From positions 600,001 through 632,000 of the forward strand of contig NZ_CP046534.1 of assembly GCF_009827135.1 (NCBI RefSeq): DNA of 32,000 nucleotides, read 5' to 3'. Below are positions 31,159 through 32,000 of this stretch, piece by piece (the first letter of the stretch is position 1; the number at the start of each line of letters is the position of its first letter). Under the pieces are notes generated by a model that was not told the DNA's origin, ran no database searches, and was given only the letters and a program-made list of their open reading frames with translations. This stretch comes from Blochmannia endosymbiont of Camponotus nipponensis. GTDB taxonomy: Bacteria > Pseudomonadota > Gammaproteobacteria > Enterobacterales > Enterobacteriaceae. Both the position numbers and the translations under genes were made by a program.

Positions 31159-31654
31159 GATATTTTACCTTATGTAAAGAACGTGCTAAAAACCAAATGT
31201 TTTAATAAAATTTTTGTGATAGAAGTACTATCAATTTTGTCAATAAGTAAAAAATTGTTTCTATTGTTAATTTATTTGAAGGATTAGTTACGATCATTAT
31301 GATAGAATAACATATGAAGCCAATTTTTTATTAAAGACATCATCATCACTTGAATATTTTAATGAATATAATTAAATTTGTATAGGGTTATATGTTATAA
31401 AGTTGTTTTATTTTGTACGTATATAATTAATATTTTAATTAAATTGTAGAATATTTGAGATTTAGTAGTTATGTTAGGGAAATAATTACAAAAATTTACG
31501 TTGTAATTATTATTGTAAATTATATAATATTGTTGTATATGTAGTATTAATAGCATTAATATAATGATATTATGATATAATTTTTATATGAGTTTCGCTG
31601 AAATAGATTATGTAATGTTTGTATAATATATTTAAAAATTAATAAGTTTGATTT

Positions 31655-32000
31655 TTAATGAGAATTAAAACATCTTTTGTAAAGATGTTGATAATATTTT
31701 TGTAATAAGTATAAAAGTTTAACTTTTTGTTCATTATCTTTATTCTCTGATAGAAGTATATTCAATTGTTCACTGTAAAATTCTGATTGATTTTTATTAA
31801 ATAGTTTATTTTTTTTATAGTTTACCCATTGTGTTTGTTCCTGGTGGTTTAAGGTGCTAGGAAAATTTCGGGCTTTATAATAGAATAACAATGATTTTAA
31901 ACGAGTATCAACGTTTTTAATGTATAAATTTTTTAATTCTTTTGGGTGAGTTTTGCGAATATTTTCAATTATTTTTTGATCAGAATTATTAAAAAAATTG
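31655..32000 (-). CDS. sbcB: Exodeoxyribonuclease I, 3' end only (the gene continues beyond the window end)
   Basis: The minus-strand frame is open from 31999 down to the stop at 31655-31657. The translation ...IKNVDTRLKSLLFYYKARNFPSTLNHQEQTQWVNYKKN...KVKLLYLLQKYY matches the E. coli SbcB C-terminus (...DKRIEKLLFNYRARNFPGTLDYAEQQRWLEHRRQ...KVALLKALWQYA). The TTG start at 31891 in the ORF track is internal. Confidence 0.88.
   Translation of the reverse strand, partial: NFFNNSDQKIIENIRKTHPKELKNLYIKNVDTRLKSLLFYYKARNFPSTLNHQEQTQWVNYKKNKLFNKNQSEFYSEQLNILLSENKDNEQKVKLLYLLQKYYQHLYKRCFNSH

Noticed and set aside
23542-31177. Antisense or nested ORFs 23542..23766, 25393..25575, 25822..26115 (97 aa), 28122..28343, 29353..29685 (110 aa), 29586..29771 and 30890..31177 (95 aa), opposite gnd and the his genes.
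   Set aside because: The three long ones are somewhat surprising for AT-rich DNA. However, they lie in the locally more GC-rich parts of hisA, hisD and hisG, where antisense frames are depleted of stops. Their translations (Cys/Ser/Phe-rich) resemble nothing I recognise, and no Shine-Dalgarno precedes them. Conservation or ribosome-profiling evidence would be needed to revive them.
31338-31349. A CAT CAT CAT CAC run (HHHH) 180 nt upstream of hisG, which looked at first like a relic of the hisL leader.
   Set aside because: The His codons are on the + strand, opposite to the his operon. They are preceded in frame by TAA and have no start codon. On the operon strand the run reads GTG ATG ATG ATG. 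It is most simply a trinucleotide microsatellite.
31481-31511. An 11-bp inverted repeat, AATAATTACAA / TTGTAATTATT, downstream of sbcB, as a possible sbcB terminator.
   Set aside because: The stem is almost entirely A/T with a 9-nt loop and no following U-tract on the minus strand. It is indistinguishable from chance symmetry in AT-rich DNA.
1-32000. Search for a novel defence, toxin or mobile system: CRISPR repeats, transposase/integrase/phage genes, clustered unknown ORFs, or compositional islands.
   Set aside because: Every long ORF has a confident housekeeping identity and sits in E. coli-like order. I saw no spaced direct repeats, no IS-like terminal repeats and no orphan ORFs over about 100 aa outside known genes. 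The non-coding gaps are featureless AT-rich DNA. Claiming a hidden system would be unsupported.

Overview
This is a strongly AT-rich, gene-dense window containing only housekeeping genes. It reads like a reduced-genome Enterobacterales-derived insect endosymbiont, most consistent with a Blochmannia-like ant symbiont, though I cannot verify the taxon without a search. Gene content in order: the 3' end of nuoH and nuoIJKLMN (+); yfaE-nrdB-nrdA and ubiG (-); gyrA (+); an OmpC/OmpF-type porin (+); ddlA (+); tRNA-Pro(GGG) (-); rplY (-); folE (+); metG (-); gnd (+); the his operon hisG-D-C-B-H-A-F-IE (-); and the 3' end of sbcB (-). Apart from ddlA, the order is colinear with the E. coli K-12 map segment from sbcB/his to nuo, with the intervening genes deleted. 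I found no CRISPR array, transposase, integrase, phage gene, rRNA, toxin-antitoxin pair or defence-like cassette. I therefore do not see a candidate novel multi-gene system and will not invent one. Five points deserve a second look. (1) hisH is broken by a frameshift inside an 11-nt poly(A) run while the rest of the his operon is intact, so it is a candidate for rescue by transcriptional slippage. (2) A perfect 48-bp inverted repeat (100-nt hairpin) includes the porin stop codon and fills the porin-ddlA spacer. (3) ddlA has a 3' extension that reads 44 nt into the antisense strand of the tRNA-Pro gene. (4) ddlA is the only synteny break, and it is bracketed by features 2 and 3. (5) Several protein-level reductions or variants occur: GyrA Ala83/Glu87 and no acidic tail, MetRS without its C-terminal domain, and no his leader peptide. 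There are also unusually long featureless spacers. All coordinates and translations were worked out by hand from the sequence and the ORF track. Similarities to E. coli proteins are from memory, not from a search.
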